Counted from the stretch's first letter, positions 28,206 through 38,329 are shown. The stretch: DNA of 54,493 nucleotides from an uncultured virus (IMG/VR IMGVR_UViG_3300042486_001633) (IMGVR_UViG_3300042486_001633), one strand, 5' to 3'. Translations and numbers: made by a program. Notes: a model not told the origin generated them from the sequence alone.

Positions 28206-28955
28206 TTATATCGAATTCACTATTTTATCAACATTTTTAGAAAAAGAGGTATCTGGGTATCTCTCCAGCGCATATTTTACCCATTGCTGCATAACTTGAG
28301 AGTATTCTTCTGGTGTAATGTACTTAGATTGAACAAATGTACTTAAGTAATCAGTAAAAAAATAGTCTAGTGGAATATCTAGCACCTTGGATCTAGCTTC
28401 CATACCCTCGATCATCGATTCCATTTCGTCTTTCATTAAAAAGTACTTAAAGTTTCTCTTTGCCGCTTCACGTTCTTCTTTAGACGATGGATTTTCAGTA
28501 AATGGGTCCGTTTCTAAACCTATTTGTTCTACGTGGTTTAATTCGTGTGTTAAAATGTCAACGATTCGTGCATATAATTTACTATATAGATGAGGTTCTT
28601 CATTTGGATTAAGGACTACTGTAATTATAATCTTAGGAATCGATAGTCCTCTATTATTTACTATGGTATTTGCATCAATTGCATAACCGTCCTTTCCGTA
28701 ATTAATATTTTCCCATGGTAATCCATGAAAATGAGAATCTACCTTAGGTTCAAATCTAGAATCTCTTCTAAATTCAAGTGTTAAATCAAATTCAAATGGT
28801 TCTTTAAACTCCATTCCGCTAGCTGTTTCATAGTCTTCAGATTCAGCAGATCTAGTTGCACGAATCTTTTGTGAAAGTTTTAGAGCAAGGTCCTTAATAA
28901 AATCTTCTCGAGTATTTTCGGATTCGTTAATAAATTGGGAAAATGACTTTAACAT
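28206..28955 (-). CDS. putative zinc metallopeptidase (HExxH)
   Basis: ILTHELNHVEQ with downstream YFLMKDEMES. N-terminal leader MLKSFSQFINE. Confidence 0.65.
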   Translation of the reverse strand: MLKSFSQFINESENTREDFIKDLALKLSQKIRATRSAESEDYETASGMEFKEPFEFDLTLEFRRDSRFEPKVDSHFHGLPWENINYGKDGYAIDANTIVNNRGLSIPKIIITVVLNPNEEPHLYSKLYARIVDILTHELNHVEQIGLETDPFTENPSSKEEREAAKRNFKYFLMKDEMESMIEGMEARSKVLDIPLDYFFTDYLSTFVQSKYITPEEYSQVMQQWVKYALERYPDTSFSKNVDKIVNSI

Positions 28956-29452
28956 TACTTTTTATATTTTATGAAAGTAACACTTATTTCTTCAGTTGTC
29001 GGAAGTCCGCCTTTTGTGAAAATTACATTTACGTCTGGCTCTCTTTTACCGAAAATATCAGTAGATAATGCTTGTCTTAGTTTTTCAATAAATGGAATAT
29101 CTTCGTCTGAGATATTTACTTTATCACCTTTGACAATATTAACTAAATTCTTTCTGCGAAGATCTAAGACGGTATCAGTTAGTTTATTGTTATCGTTGAC
29201 TAGGATATTTTTCTTTGCCCAATCGGTGATCTCAGTAGGGGTAACTGAATATGAAGGAAAATCAATTGATTTGCTTCCATCTGGATAACGACGCATATGG
29301 GTACCGTCTGTTTCTAAATCATCAATAAAGATGAAAAGTAAAGGTTTTTCCTTTTTTACTGCACCTGCGGCTGGCATGCCTGGAGCAGGCACGCCTAGGC
29401 CCATGTCTTGTTCAAGAACAAATGCTGAGTATGGTTTTATGTGTTTTTTCAT
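28955..29452 (-). CDS. hypothetical protein, probably late/virion
   Basis: 165 aa with N-terminus MKKHIKPYSAFVLE. GATAAATAAT lies 25 nt upstream (29478-29487). Confidence 0.75.
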   Translation of the reverse strand: MKKHIKPYSAFVLEQDMGLGVPAPGMPAAGAVKKEKPLLFIFIDDLETDGTHMRRYPDGSKSIDFPSYSVTPTEITDWAKKNILVNDNNKLTDTVLDLRRKNLVNIVKGDKVNISDEDIPFIEKLRQALSTDIFGKREPDVNVIFTKGGLPTTEEISVTFIKYKK

Positions 29453-29496
29453 ATTAGATGATTACTATTTAGTCTGTATTATTTATCTAAACAAAA

Positions 29497-29522
29497 AAGC
29501 AGCAATACGAATATTGCTGCTT
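29497..29522 (-). terminator. intrinsic terminator with UUCG loop
   Basis: The minus strand reads AAGCAGCAATA-TTCG-TATTGCTGCTT-TTTT, downstream of nrdA. Confidence 0.88.
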
Positions 29523-29547
29523 ATCTAAGTAGTAGTTTAGGTAAAGG

Positions 29548-31353
29548 TTATCCGTCACATGCAAGGCAATCTTGGGTTGCTCTAGCTGCAATATCTCCAC
29601 GAAGCACAGATTCTGTTCTCATATAATAGAGAGTTTTAACTCCGGCTTGATATGCTTCTAGATGAACCTGATTGATAAATTTAGGTTCAGCTTCAGTAGG
29701 GAAAGCAAGATTAAGTGATACTGCTTGGTCAATATATTGTTGTCTGATTCCGGCTTGACGAACCAGTTCAAGTTGATTAATTTCCTTAAATGTTAAATAT
29801 ACGTCCTTTAGAGGAATATACAAGGTTTGTTCGTGTTCAGGAAGCTTTGAAAATTTGTTTAAAGTAATTGGGTTAGTCGCTTCTCCTAATTTTACTCGAT
29901 AGTTATCCATAACAGCAAGACCCTGCACAGATCCTCCGTCTGCTAAGATTTGGTCCCAAGCTTCTTTAGTATTATGCCCTATTTTTTCAAGAGCCTTTTC
30001 TAAAGTAGGATTCTTACGAATAAATGTACCCTTGGCTGTCTGTTCAGTAAATACATTAGCTGCCCAAGGTTCAATACCAGCAGATACATTACCTGAAAGT
30101 TTTGAATTAGAAACAGTTGGCGCTATTGCACGAAGGTGAGTATTTCTCATACCTGTACCAGAACACCATAGCGGCTCTCCATATTCTCTAGCCATATCGC
30201 GGCTAGCACGCTCGCTTTCAATTTTTAATTGCGAAAATATTTTTCTGGTCTCAAATTGAGCTGGCATCGAATCAAATGGAATATTCTTGTCTTGTAAATA
30301 AGTATGCCATCCTAAAACGCCTAAACCTAAAGCTCTACCTTTTTCAGCAGAACGAATAGAGTTTTCAAAACCTCTCATATATTTAGCACGTTGGATAAAC
30401 TCTTCAAGAACTCCATCTAAGAACCACGTTGCAGTATAGATCAAGTCAGTATCTTTCCATTCATCGTATTTTGCAAGATTTAGGGAAGAGAGACAACATA
30501 CAAATGAGTGGTTTTCATCAGTATGAAGAGTTATTTCAGAACAGATATTTGTCATGTACACCTTTAACCCATTTTTCTTGTAGGCCTCTGGATTTTGACG
30601 ATTAATATTTCCTTTATACATGATATAAGGCTCGCCAGTGGACTTACGTTTTCTCAGGACAGCGGTCCAACGTTTACGTGCATCTTTATCTCCTTGTTCA
30701 AGTTTATCCATGAAAGTATCTGATACGACAACACATTGATGAACATTTAAACATTGACGATTTACATCACCTTTCGGCTCTCTGATCTCTATCCAATCCC
30801 AAAAATCTCCATGTTCAATATCAATATTTACTGAAGCTGCACCGCGACGAACGCTGCCTTGGTTAGTAGCCAGGACGGCGGAATCGTAGATTTTACAGAA
30901 AGGAACTACTCCATCTGACGTACCATTTTGTGATATTTTTGATCCAGCAGGTCGAATTTGATTTACTCCGATTCCTACGCCACCTCCATGTTTAGCAAGA
31001 AGCATCATCTCTAAGTTTTTACCGCCAATATCTGCAATTGAATCTGCAACATCGATTCCAAAACAAGAAATAGGAAGACCTCTCTCAGTTCCAGTGTTTG
31101 AAAATACTGGAGTAGCTAAATTTAACCACCCTCTAAAAATATAATCAAAAAATTTACTAGCCATTTCTGGTTTGCCTAATCTCTTAGCAACAGTTGTTGA
31201 TACTCGCCAATAGGCGTCCTTTGGAGTTTCTCCCTTTAAGAGATATCCTTTTGATACAGTTTTTACGTACACTTCAGTATTTGCCCAAATCGGAAAGTGT
31301 ACACCTATTTCCCAACCAAATTCTGCTCCATGATTTATTTCAGTTTCTTCCAT
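29548..31353 (-). CDS. nrdA: ribonucleotide reductase class I alpha subunit (no ATP cone)
   Basis: ATPV, LPISCF, TNICSEI, AIAPTVS, KTLYYMR and C-terminal CLACDG. Confidence 0.96.
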   Translation of the reverse strand: MEETEINHGAEFGWEIGVHFPIWANTEVYVKTVSKGYLLKGETPKDAYWRVSTTVAKRLGKPEMASKFFDYIFRGWLNLATPVFSNTGTERGLPISCFGIDVADSIADIGGKNLEMMLLAKHGGGVGIGVNQIRPAGSKISQNGTSDGVVPFCKIYDSAVLATNQGSVRRGAASVNIDIEHGDFWDWIEIREPKGDVNRQCLNVHQCVVVSDTFMDKLEQGDKDARKRWTAVLRKRKSTGEPYIMYKGNINRQNPEAYKKNGLKVYMTNICSEITLHTDENHSFVCCLSSLNLAKYDEWKDTDLIYTATWFLDGVLEEFIQRAKYMRGFENSIRSAEKGRALGLGVLGWHTYLQDKNIPFDSMPAQFETRKIFSQLKIESERASRDMAREYGEPLWCSGTGMRNTHLRAIAPTVSNSKLSGNVSAGIEPWAANVFTEQTAKGTFIRKNPTLEKALEKIGHNTKEAWDQILADGGSVQGLAVMDNYRVKLGEATNPITLNKFSKLPEHEQTLYIPLKDVYLTFKEINQLELVRQAGIRQQYIDQAVSLNLAFPTEAEPKFINQVHLEAYQAGVKTLYYMRTESVLRGDIAARATQDCLACDG

Positions 31354-31395
31354 TATATTATTTTTTTATCTATAGTTAAGTGATAAAACAATTTA

Positions 31396-32406
31396 CTATG
31401 AAAATAAATGGTCTTCATCCCAATTTTCTGACTCTCCAGATTTAGAATAATCAGTAGATCTAATTGCAAAAAAGTCGGTCCAAGTAGTTCCACCAGTTAG
31501 ATGATAGAACCAATCTAAATTTGATGCTTTTTCGTCGTCATAGTGAAAAATAGATTCATATCCTAATTCGTTAAGTTTTTCGTTTGCTCTTTTTTTGATA
31601 AACTCTTTCAAATCGACTGCCTTTAAGTTTTCAAGGTCTCCCATTTCAAACATTTTATCAATAAATTTAAGCTCCATCTCAACCATAAGATTTGCTGCTT
31701 CTTCTACCATCACCTGAACTGCATCCTTTAATTCAGGATATTCTTCGCACATGTGTCTAAATAATTGGCATCCCATTTTAGAATGTAAAGATTCATCACG
31801 CACTGACCATTTCATCTGTTGACCAATTCCTTTAAGAAAATTGCGCATCTGGAATGAATACAGCACAGCAAATGAAGAATAGAGAGAAACTCCTTCTGCA
31901 AAAGCCGAAAAGATTGCAAGCGAACGAGCAACGTCCTTACGAACATCTGCAGAATTTAATAAGTCTTCATGAGTATATTCAGCTTTGGTTTCTACTAAAA
32001 ATTCAAATTTAGCTGCAGTTGCCGGTTCATGTAAAAAGGCCTTAAAATCTTCAAGGCCTAGTGTTTCATTCAAATAAGAGTAGGCAGTGGCATGAATTGT
32101 TTCCTGAGAGCCAAACATTATAGCCATTTGCTTGATTTCGTGTTTTGGGAACCATTTAGTTACCATTCCAGTCCAGTAGTCTGAGACCGCGCATTCAGTT
32201 TGTGCAAAACCTAGCAAAATATTTCCAACTAGGTTTTTTTCAGAATTTGTTAAATTTTCATTCCAGTCCTTTACGTCGCCTTGCATTGAAATCTCGGTGT
32301 GTAACCAAAATGCTTGTGCTTGTTTTAACCAGCCCTCATTGTAGTAAACTGGATACTCAAAGGGCTTATATTCTATTCTTTCTTTAAAAAGTGTGCTATT
32401 TACCAT
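31396..32406 (-). CDS. nrdB: ribonucleotide reductase class I beta subunit
   Basis: YKPFEYP, FAQTE, ETIHATAY, EGVSLYSSF and RDESLH. Confidence 0.96.
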   Translation of the reverse strand: MVNSTLFKERIEYKPFEYPVYYNEGWLKQAQAFWLHTEISMQGDVKDWNENLTNSEKNLVGNILLGFAQTECAVSDYWTGMVTKWFPKHEIKQMAIMFGSQETIHATAYSYLNETLGLEDFKAFLHEPATAAKFEFLVETKAEYTHEDLLNSADVRKDVARSLAIFSAFAEGVSLYSSFAVLYSFQMRNFLKGIGQQMKWSVRDESLHSKMGCQLFRHMCEEYPELKDAVQVMVEEAANLMVEMELKFIDKMFEMGDLENLKAVDLKEFIKKRANEKLNELGYESIFHYDDEKASNLDWFYHLTGGTTWTDFFAIRSTDYSKSGESENWDEDHLFS

Positions 32407-32553
32407 TATTTCTACTTATTTTAGACAAACTGAGCCTATCATTAGCATCACTAATAACTAACTTTTTATTATTAAAGCGTATTTAGGAGTTTTGAAAGAC
32501 CATTCAGTATTATTTATTCTGAACCGACTTTTGATGAGTTGATTTGGAAAAAA

Positions 32554-33732
32554 TTAATTAATATTTTCCTCAACGAATTCAAACTTAAGACGTTTGTTAA
32601 TTGGATCAACTTTAAATACTTTAACAAGTGGATACTTATTAAGGTTTCTTTCAAGATCCTTACGTTTTAAGGCAACTTCAAAATTCTCTCCGTCTATATC
32701 AATAGAGATTGAATTATTGGCCTCACTGATACTGTATCTAAAACTTTGATTTTCGGTTCTGTTTCTAAGAGTCTGCCATTGCAATTTCTCATTGTTTACT
32801 TGTTCAGGATTTAGGGTAAGCACGATACGGTATTGTCCGTTTTTAGAGGTAACATCCTTAACATAAACATTAAGCTTATCTCCAGACTTCATTTTCTTAC
32901 AAACCTCGTCATAGTTCTCAAATTCAGACTTGTGTACTAGTCCAGTGTAATAGTTTTCAAATTCAATAAATACTCCAAAGTCATAAGGTCTGTTAGTTAA
33001 TGTGCCGACATACTCTTTGTCAAATTGAAGTTCACTTATCATTATTGGCATAGATGCAGTAACGTATTTCTTATATGATAAGATGAAAAGATTGTTTGCT
33101 GCATCATAATTGTCTACCATAACAGTAAGGGTCTTTCCTAGAAGATCGCTAAAGTTATGAACTACGTTGGCTGCCGCATGTGACCCAGGAATAAAGCATT
33201 CAATTTCTTTATTGTAGATTGCAAGATACCCACCTTTAATTAATTTGGTGATTTTTACATCAAACCATGTATTGTTTTTTAAGTGATCGAAAAGTTCCTG
33301 TTTGTATGAAATAGAAAGGGCTTTCTTCTCAGACGCTAAGAATTCTCCATGTTGAGTCACTTTATATAGAGTAACAAGGAACTCGAGTTTTTCGTGTCCT
33401 TTTGCTAAATCTTCTAATGATTTAGAATATTCTCTAAATGGAATTGAGACCATGCATTTTGAATTTGATTCTTCTGCATAGATCATGCGATCTTGCGCAG
33501 AGATCGTTTTGGCTTTTACTTTGTAAACTTGGCCTTCAGTTAGGTCTTTACTAAATTTAGTAATGCCTGAAGACTTGTCATATGCAACCATTGCGTCATA
33601 TAACGCTTGAGCATAGGGTTCTTTACAAAAAACTTTAACTTTGTTTTTTTTGTCTTCCTCGGTTAATTTAATTAATGTGTTGTACTTTCCAGTGTTCTGA
33701 AAAATTGAATCGTCGAAATTTGGTGAAATCAT
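32554..33732 (-). CDS. ribosomal protein S1-like multi-S1-domain RNA-binding protein
   Basis: S1/OB repeats IKGGY...CFIPGSH...ILSYK and DFGVFIEF...GLVHKSE...GDKLNVYV. The start was moved from TTG 33762 to ATG 33732. Confidence 0.8.
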   Translation of the reverse strand: MISPNFDDSIFQNTGKYNTLIKLTEEDKKNKVKVFCKEPYAQALYDAMVAYDKSSGITKFSKDLTEGQVYKVKAKTISAQDRMIYAEESNSKCMVSIPFREYSKSLEDLAKGHEKLEFLVTLYKVTQHGEFLASEKKALSISYKQELFDHLKNNTWFDVKITKLIKGGYLAIYNKEIECFIPGSHAAANVVHNFSDLLGKTLTVMVDNYDAANNLFILSYKKYVTASMPIMISELQFDKEYVGTLTNRPYDFGVFIEFENYYTGLVHKSEFENYDEVCKKMKSGDKLNVYVKDVTSKNGQYRIVLTLNPEQVNNEKLQWQTLRNRTENQSFRYSISEANNSISIDIDGENFEVALKRKDLERNLNKYPLVKVFKVDPINKRLKFEFVEENIN

Positions 33733-33779
33733 ATAAGGTACGTTTAGTATTAAATTATACAACTATTTAGTATTATGGT

Positions 33780-36700
33780 TTAGACAAATGATCTAAAAAA
33801 TCCAACTTTATCTGCAGCATTTGCAACAAATTCGTCTACGAATAAGAGAAACAGTAGATTTTTAGCCGTAAGCCTCTCCCAAGGAGGAAGATCGTCTTGT
33901 GCAAGAAGAGGGTGTATCGATCTTAGTGCAAGAGAAGTGGCCTTAACGTCCTTTGTCGCAATTGCACCAGTTGCAGCATCTATGCTAGGAACTTTTAATG
34001 CTGGTAAAATAACATCTACTGCACCAGCGCCGGCAACGATTAACCCTGGCAATGGCGTACTCATAACTGGAGAAAGTATTGTCTCTAACTGTTTAGCTGC
34101 CGCTTCAACTGCACTAGTATTAATCATTTTTACAGTTGCCGATTTTGGGATCTGTTTTTTAAGATTAGTGATGGCTAGGTGAATGGCTTCCGATGCTGGG
34201 CCATATGGTGGAGCTTTATGTTGAACTGCTTCTAGTACGTTTAAGTTAACCCCCTTTAGTCCTTTTACAACTTTTAATAGTGTATAAAATGGTTCAAGTA
34301 GGCGTTCAATCTTATCAAAAATAAGATCGATAAAGTTTTTGATAATTACAAGAATATCTCCAGGATTAATATTTAAAAAGTCAATATCTAAGGTCTGAAA
34401 ATTAGGCAATATATCTTTGCGTGAATCTACTACTACATTGCTTGAACTAAACTGTGAAGACGTTGGTTTTTGATATGGATTTAAAAGTCCACTCGATGTT
34501 GCCGGACCAGAATTTGTTGCAGGATCATACTGTCCGCTAGATATTGCAGATTTGGTCGAAGTATCTGGCTCACAATTTACAAGTTTAATATTAGGATCGA
34601 GTTTTGCTGCTTTTACTGAGTTACTAATTACTGATTGTTTACCAGCAGCTAATAAATTATTTTTTCCAGCAAGAGTTGCAGGAGAACTTGCTTTAGGTTC
34701 AGCTGGAGAAGGCGCACCATCAGGTAAACAGTTTGCTAGAAACTTAATGAGCAAGTCAATCATTGGTTTTTTCAATAGGTTTAAATCTATTGTAACACTA
34801 GTTGGAAGAGCAGGCTGTGCGCCCAAATTAGGTGCTTTGGGTTCAAACAGGCCTCCCAAAACTGCAGCAAAAGAAGTAGCAAAGGTTAATAAGTTTAGTG
34901 CCGGCAGGGGTATCTCTAGGCTTATTGGAATAATTTTCTTGACCATTCCTAGCATTGCACCAGTAATATCATTTGCTGATATTTTTGTCTTTCCGCCAAA
35001 CATCGCTTTAAGGTCAGCAACTGACATTGTGTCAACATACGAATTAAGTAAACCTAGTGTAGTTGAAAATATTGCAAGGGCTGGACTTAAGTCTGTCGGT
35101 AATTCAAATGGTTTCTTTTTACAGCAAGAAGCAAATGGATTAAAATCAACTGAGACTTGAGATAAAGCAGTCAACGCTGCTGGAGTTAATGCAAATGCCT
35201 TTTTTATCTTATCCTTTTCAAGAGCAGCTGAAAGAGAAACTTGTTTTTCTTGTAATTTTTTTCTAAGATTAGTTTTCTTAACAGTATCTGTTTCTTTTTC
35301 AAGTTGAGTCTGAACCTCTTTAATTTCCTTTTGGATTCCAGAAATACTAGGAACTTCGCCAGCTCCAGTAAGATCATCAATAAGAGTCTTATTAATTTTC
35401 TTTAGTGCTGCTTTTATTTTTTCAGGTTCCTTTTCAAGATCTATTGTTCCATCGATTGCTGCAACTGAAGAGATAGCAGATTTTACTTTATCTTTGCTTT
35501 TTGCAATTTGTCGAGTAATTAACTTTTGAACTTTAGAGTCGTCTTTTGAAAAGAATTGCGTGCCTGAAATGCTTGAAAAATCTGCAACCTTAAGTACTAA
35601 TTCTTGTATTGCATTAAGCTTAGGGTCAATTGTTGAAGTATCTTTTGGAATTGTGATTTTTGGAAATTTCAGTTTATTGAAATATGCCATCGCATCGTCT
35701 TTTACTGCTTGAATTTTAGCAGACATGTCTACTCCCTCTTCGCCTAACTTTGCACGTATCCCATCGATCTTAGCATCGTCACCCTCAACTAGTGCACCCT
35801 TCAACTCTTCCAATAATTGTGCACGACGTGCTGCGATTTTATCTTTAAGTTTGTTTGAGGCGGAGAGTGCAGGTTTTCCTAATTCATCAATCCGATTTAG
35901 GAGACTCTTTTTAGTATCATCAATTATATCTTTTACAGATTCACCCTTATCAAGAAGCTCTGCAAGTTTTTCTTCTCCAGATTTAAGTCGATCATCTTTT
36001 GCTTTTTCAAAATTAGCCTTTTCTCTTTTTACTTTAGCTTGCTGATTTTCGTTACCTGTTCTATTGGCAGATGCCTCTTTTGCGCTAAGAATATTTTGTT
36101 GTCTCTGCTGTTGAATTAATTCTTCTGGCGAGAGACCAAAATTTGGTGCATTTAATAATCGATTGGCTTTTGCTTTAGCAGCAAGCAAAGAGGCTGGTAC
36201 TTGAATTCCAGGTTTAATTGACGCATCCTCTGCAGTATAACCAAATTGTTTAGATGGACCTTTTACTGTAAGAATATGTTGTTTAAATCCTGTGCTTGAA
36301 ACAAAAAATACAACTGGTGAAATAAAGATTCCATTAATTGTTAAAAATAGAACGACACTACCTAGTGGTGTTGAAATTGCAACAAGCGGTATCCATATAA
36401 TCGGTAAAGGGATTTTAATTAATCCGCCTGGATAAGGGATCGTTAGGCCAACTGGCCAATATCGTAATTGTGGTGGAGCAGTTGCATTTGGAATTGGTAA
36501 TAATCCAACCAGGGTTGCAATTTTTGCAAACTCAATCCAATAACACATTTGATTCATATTAGGTAGAGTAGGATCTACTCCCCCAATAGTTTTTGTAAAA
36601 AATGGGTCAGACCCTAATAGACCTTTTGTTTCGCTACAGTCACTAACCTCTTTATCAATATTGTCAAAACACTCTGGACTCTTAGTTTTTAAGAGAGTTT

Positions 36701-38291
36701 TTATCTTTGCTGGATCGGGTTTAAGTTCAGATACACGCTGTTTTATTCTAGAGATTTCACTATCAAGATCAGCTAACTTTTGAATGGCTTCTCCGTTTTC
36801 TCGATTTAATTTTTGAATGGCAGTTTCTAAAGTCGCGCTCTCAGCAGGAAGAAATTTATTTACGTTTGAAAGAGCAAGTATTACTGTAATTTCTCTTTTT
36901 GCAATCAACTTCATAGTTGTACGAATTGCATTTTGTGCAGTGTCAATTATCTTTGCACGTTGTTCAGCTTTTCTGATTTCAAATCGGCTATCAAACTCAT
37001 TATAAAAATTCTGTAGAGTATTAATATTTTGAATATAATAGTCAGCATTATTTTCTTTCTTTGTTTCAGAACCAGTACCCTTTAGATTAGGATCAACTAG
37101 CGCAATATTAGTAGTAAGCCCTCTTTCTTCTAATGAAAAGAATCTATTTACTGGGTCCTCGAACCAATTATAATAGTTTTGATATATTGTCCCAGTGGGC
37201 AATCCTCTATTCTCTAATGGAAAATTAGTAAGAATAAAATTGTTAGTGTTTTCAAAGAAAGAAGTCTTTTCAAGTAATGGACTCTTTCGAATAAGATAGT
37301 CTAAAGTTTCTTGGTATGACTCGCCGTTTTCTTTATTAAATTTCTCCTTGGTAGTACGAATATAATCAATTGTTGGAATCTGTAAATCAAGCTTAACATA
37401 TCTATTTTGAAATACTTCGGTAAGATTGTTTGGGGCATCTCCAAATCCTCTTAAAATGACGCCTTCTGAATAGGCTTCAACTTGTTGGCTAATGCTATTA
37501 ATTTCAGAGGTAGTAAAAATATCATCATATAGAGTTTTAAGATAACCTGCAATATATTCTGAATTATTTAGGTTATTTAAAACGTCTCGATATAGTTGAT
37601 TGCTAAAAATTGGAAATTTTTGTTCCTCAGTTGTTAGCTTTGCATTTTGTGTATCAATATTTTTAGCATTCTGGTCGATTGCAGCTTTAGTATCGTTGAC
37701 TAAATTATAAGCGGCAAGAACAGCGGTTTGATTTGCAGTGCTTGAAAATTGACTATATGCATTTTGAGCAGCAGTCAATGCAGTTTGTCGAGTTGAAAGT
37801 TCAGTAGCGAGAGATGCTTTGAGAGTTTCAAGTCGACGAAGTTCAGTAATAAGAGGACCAAATTCGCCAAGTATTCGAGCAGCTTCATTTGCTCGTTCTT
37901 GATAGTAGATTGCGATTATTGCATAGTTGTCTCGATATTCGACTAACTTATCTAATAGGATTCGATGTTGATTATAAAGCTCAATTTGAGCTTCAATTAT
38001 TTTATTAGTCTCCTCAAGGTTATCAATACACTTTTGTACCTTGGTTGGATCAGATTTTGGAACTTCAACATTTACATCAATTGGAGGTAATAAATCTGGC
38101 ACCGCAAGATCATCACATGGAATTTCAGTAGAGGCAAAAGGTACTCCAGTATCTCCAAGCGGAGTGCACAATGAATTATTTAGTAAATCATTAAGCTGTT
38201 CTTGGGTAAATCGGTTCTTTACCTCGTCTGGAGTTATTCCAAGGGCATTTGCTACTTCATTTATTAGAATGTCTAGTATTGAATAAGACAA
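33780..38291 (-). CDS. large hypothetical protein (1503 aa), probably virion-associated
   Basis: Long ORF with coiled-coil and hydrophobic Pro-rich segments. Late-type AATAAATAAT lies 22 nt upstream (38314-38323). Confidence 0.75.
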   Translation of the reverse strand: MSYSILDILINEVANALGITPDEVKNRFTQEQLNDLLNNSLCTPLGDTGVPFASTEIPCDDLAVPDLLPPIDVNVEVPKSDPTKVQKCIDNLEETNKIIEAQIELYNQHRILLDKLVEYRDNYAIIAIYYQERANEAARILGEFGPLITELRRLETLKASLATELSTRQTALTAAQNAYSQFSSTANQTAVLAAYNLVNDTKAAIDQNAKNIDTQNAKLTTEEQKFPIFSNQLYRDVLNNLNNSEYIAGYLKTLYDDIFTTSEINSISQQVEAYSEGVILRGFGDAPNNLTEVFQNRYVKLDLQIPTIDYIRTTKEKFNKENGESYQETLDYLIRKSPLLEKTSFFENTNNFILTNFPLENRGLPTGTIYQNYYNWFEDPVNRFFSLEERGLTTNIALVDPNLKGTGSETKKENNADYYIQNINTLQNFYNEFDSRFEIRKAEQRAKIIDTAQNAIRTTMKLIAKREITVILALSNVNKFLPAESATLETAIQKLNRENGEAIQKLADLDSEISRIKQRVSELKPDPAKIKTLLKTKSPECFDNIDKEVSDCSETKGLLGSDPFFTKTIGGVDPTLPNMNQMCYWIEFAKIATLVGLLPIPNATAPPQLRYWPVGLTIPYPGGLIKIPLPIIWIPLVAISTPLGSVVLFLTINGIFISPVVFFVSSTGFKQHILTVKGPSKQFGYTAEDASIKPGIQVPASLLAAKAKANRLLNAPNFGLSPEELIQQQRQQNILSAKEASANRTGNENQQAKVKREKANFEKAKDDRLKSGEEKLAELLDKGESVKDIIDDTKKSLLNRIDELGKPALSASNKLKDKIAARRAQLLEELKGALVEGDDAKIDGIRAKLGEEGVDMSAKIQAVKDDAMAYFNKLKFPKITIPKDTSTIDPKLNAIQELVLKVADFSSISGTQFFSKDDSKVQKLITRQIAKSKDKVKSAISSVAAIDGTIDLEKEPEKIKAALKKINKTLIDDLTGAGEVPSISGIQKEIKEVQTQLEKETDTVKKTNLRKKLQEKQVSLSAALEKDKIKKAFALTPAALTALSQVSVDFNPFASCCKKKPFELPTDLSPALAIFSTTLGLLNSYVDTMSVADLKAMFGGKTKISANDITGAMLGMVKKIIPISLEIPLPALNLLTFATSFAAVLGGLFEPKAPNLGAQPALPTSVTIDLNLLKKPMIDLLIKFLANCLPDGAPSPAEPKASSPATLAGKNNLLAAGKQSVISNSVKAAKLDPNIKLVNCEPDTSTKSAISSGQYDPATNSGPATSSGLLNPYQKPTSSQFSSSNVVVDSRKDILPNFQTLDIDFLNINPGDILVIIKNFIDLIFDKIERLLEPFYTLLKVVKGLKGVNLNVLEAVQHKAPPYGPASEAIHLAITNLKKQIPKSATVKMINTSAVEAAAKQLETILSPVMSTPLPGLIVAGAGAVDVILPALKVPSIDAATGAIATKDVKATSLALRSIHPLLAQDDLPPWERLTAKNLLFLLFVDEFVANAADKVGFFRSFV

Positions 38292-38329
38292 GAAAAAGGA
38301 TTATTTGTATAGGATTATTTATTAAATGC

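Noticed and set aside
14114..32406. Introns or inteins in the helicase, UvsX, PolB or nrdAB
   Set aside because: The ORFs are uninterrupted and of normal or short length, with no intein or homing-endonuclease motifs seen.
32407..32553. Possible structured RNA or tRNA in the nrdB leader
   Set aside because: Only a weak AT-rich hairpin (ATTAG-tgatg-CTAAT) is present, with no cloverleaf or T-loop motif. I saw no tRNA or rRNA anywhere in the window by eye.
34552..36045. Plus-strand ORFs of 202 and 106 aa
   Set aside because: They are antisense shadows inside the 1503-aa gene, with no recognisable motifs or expression signals.
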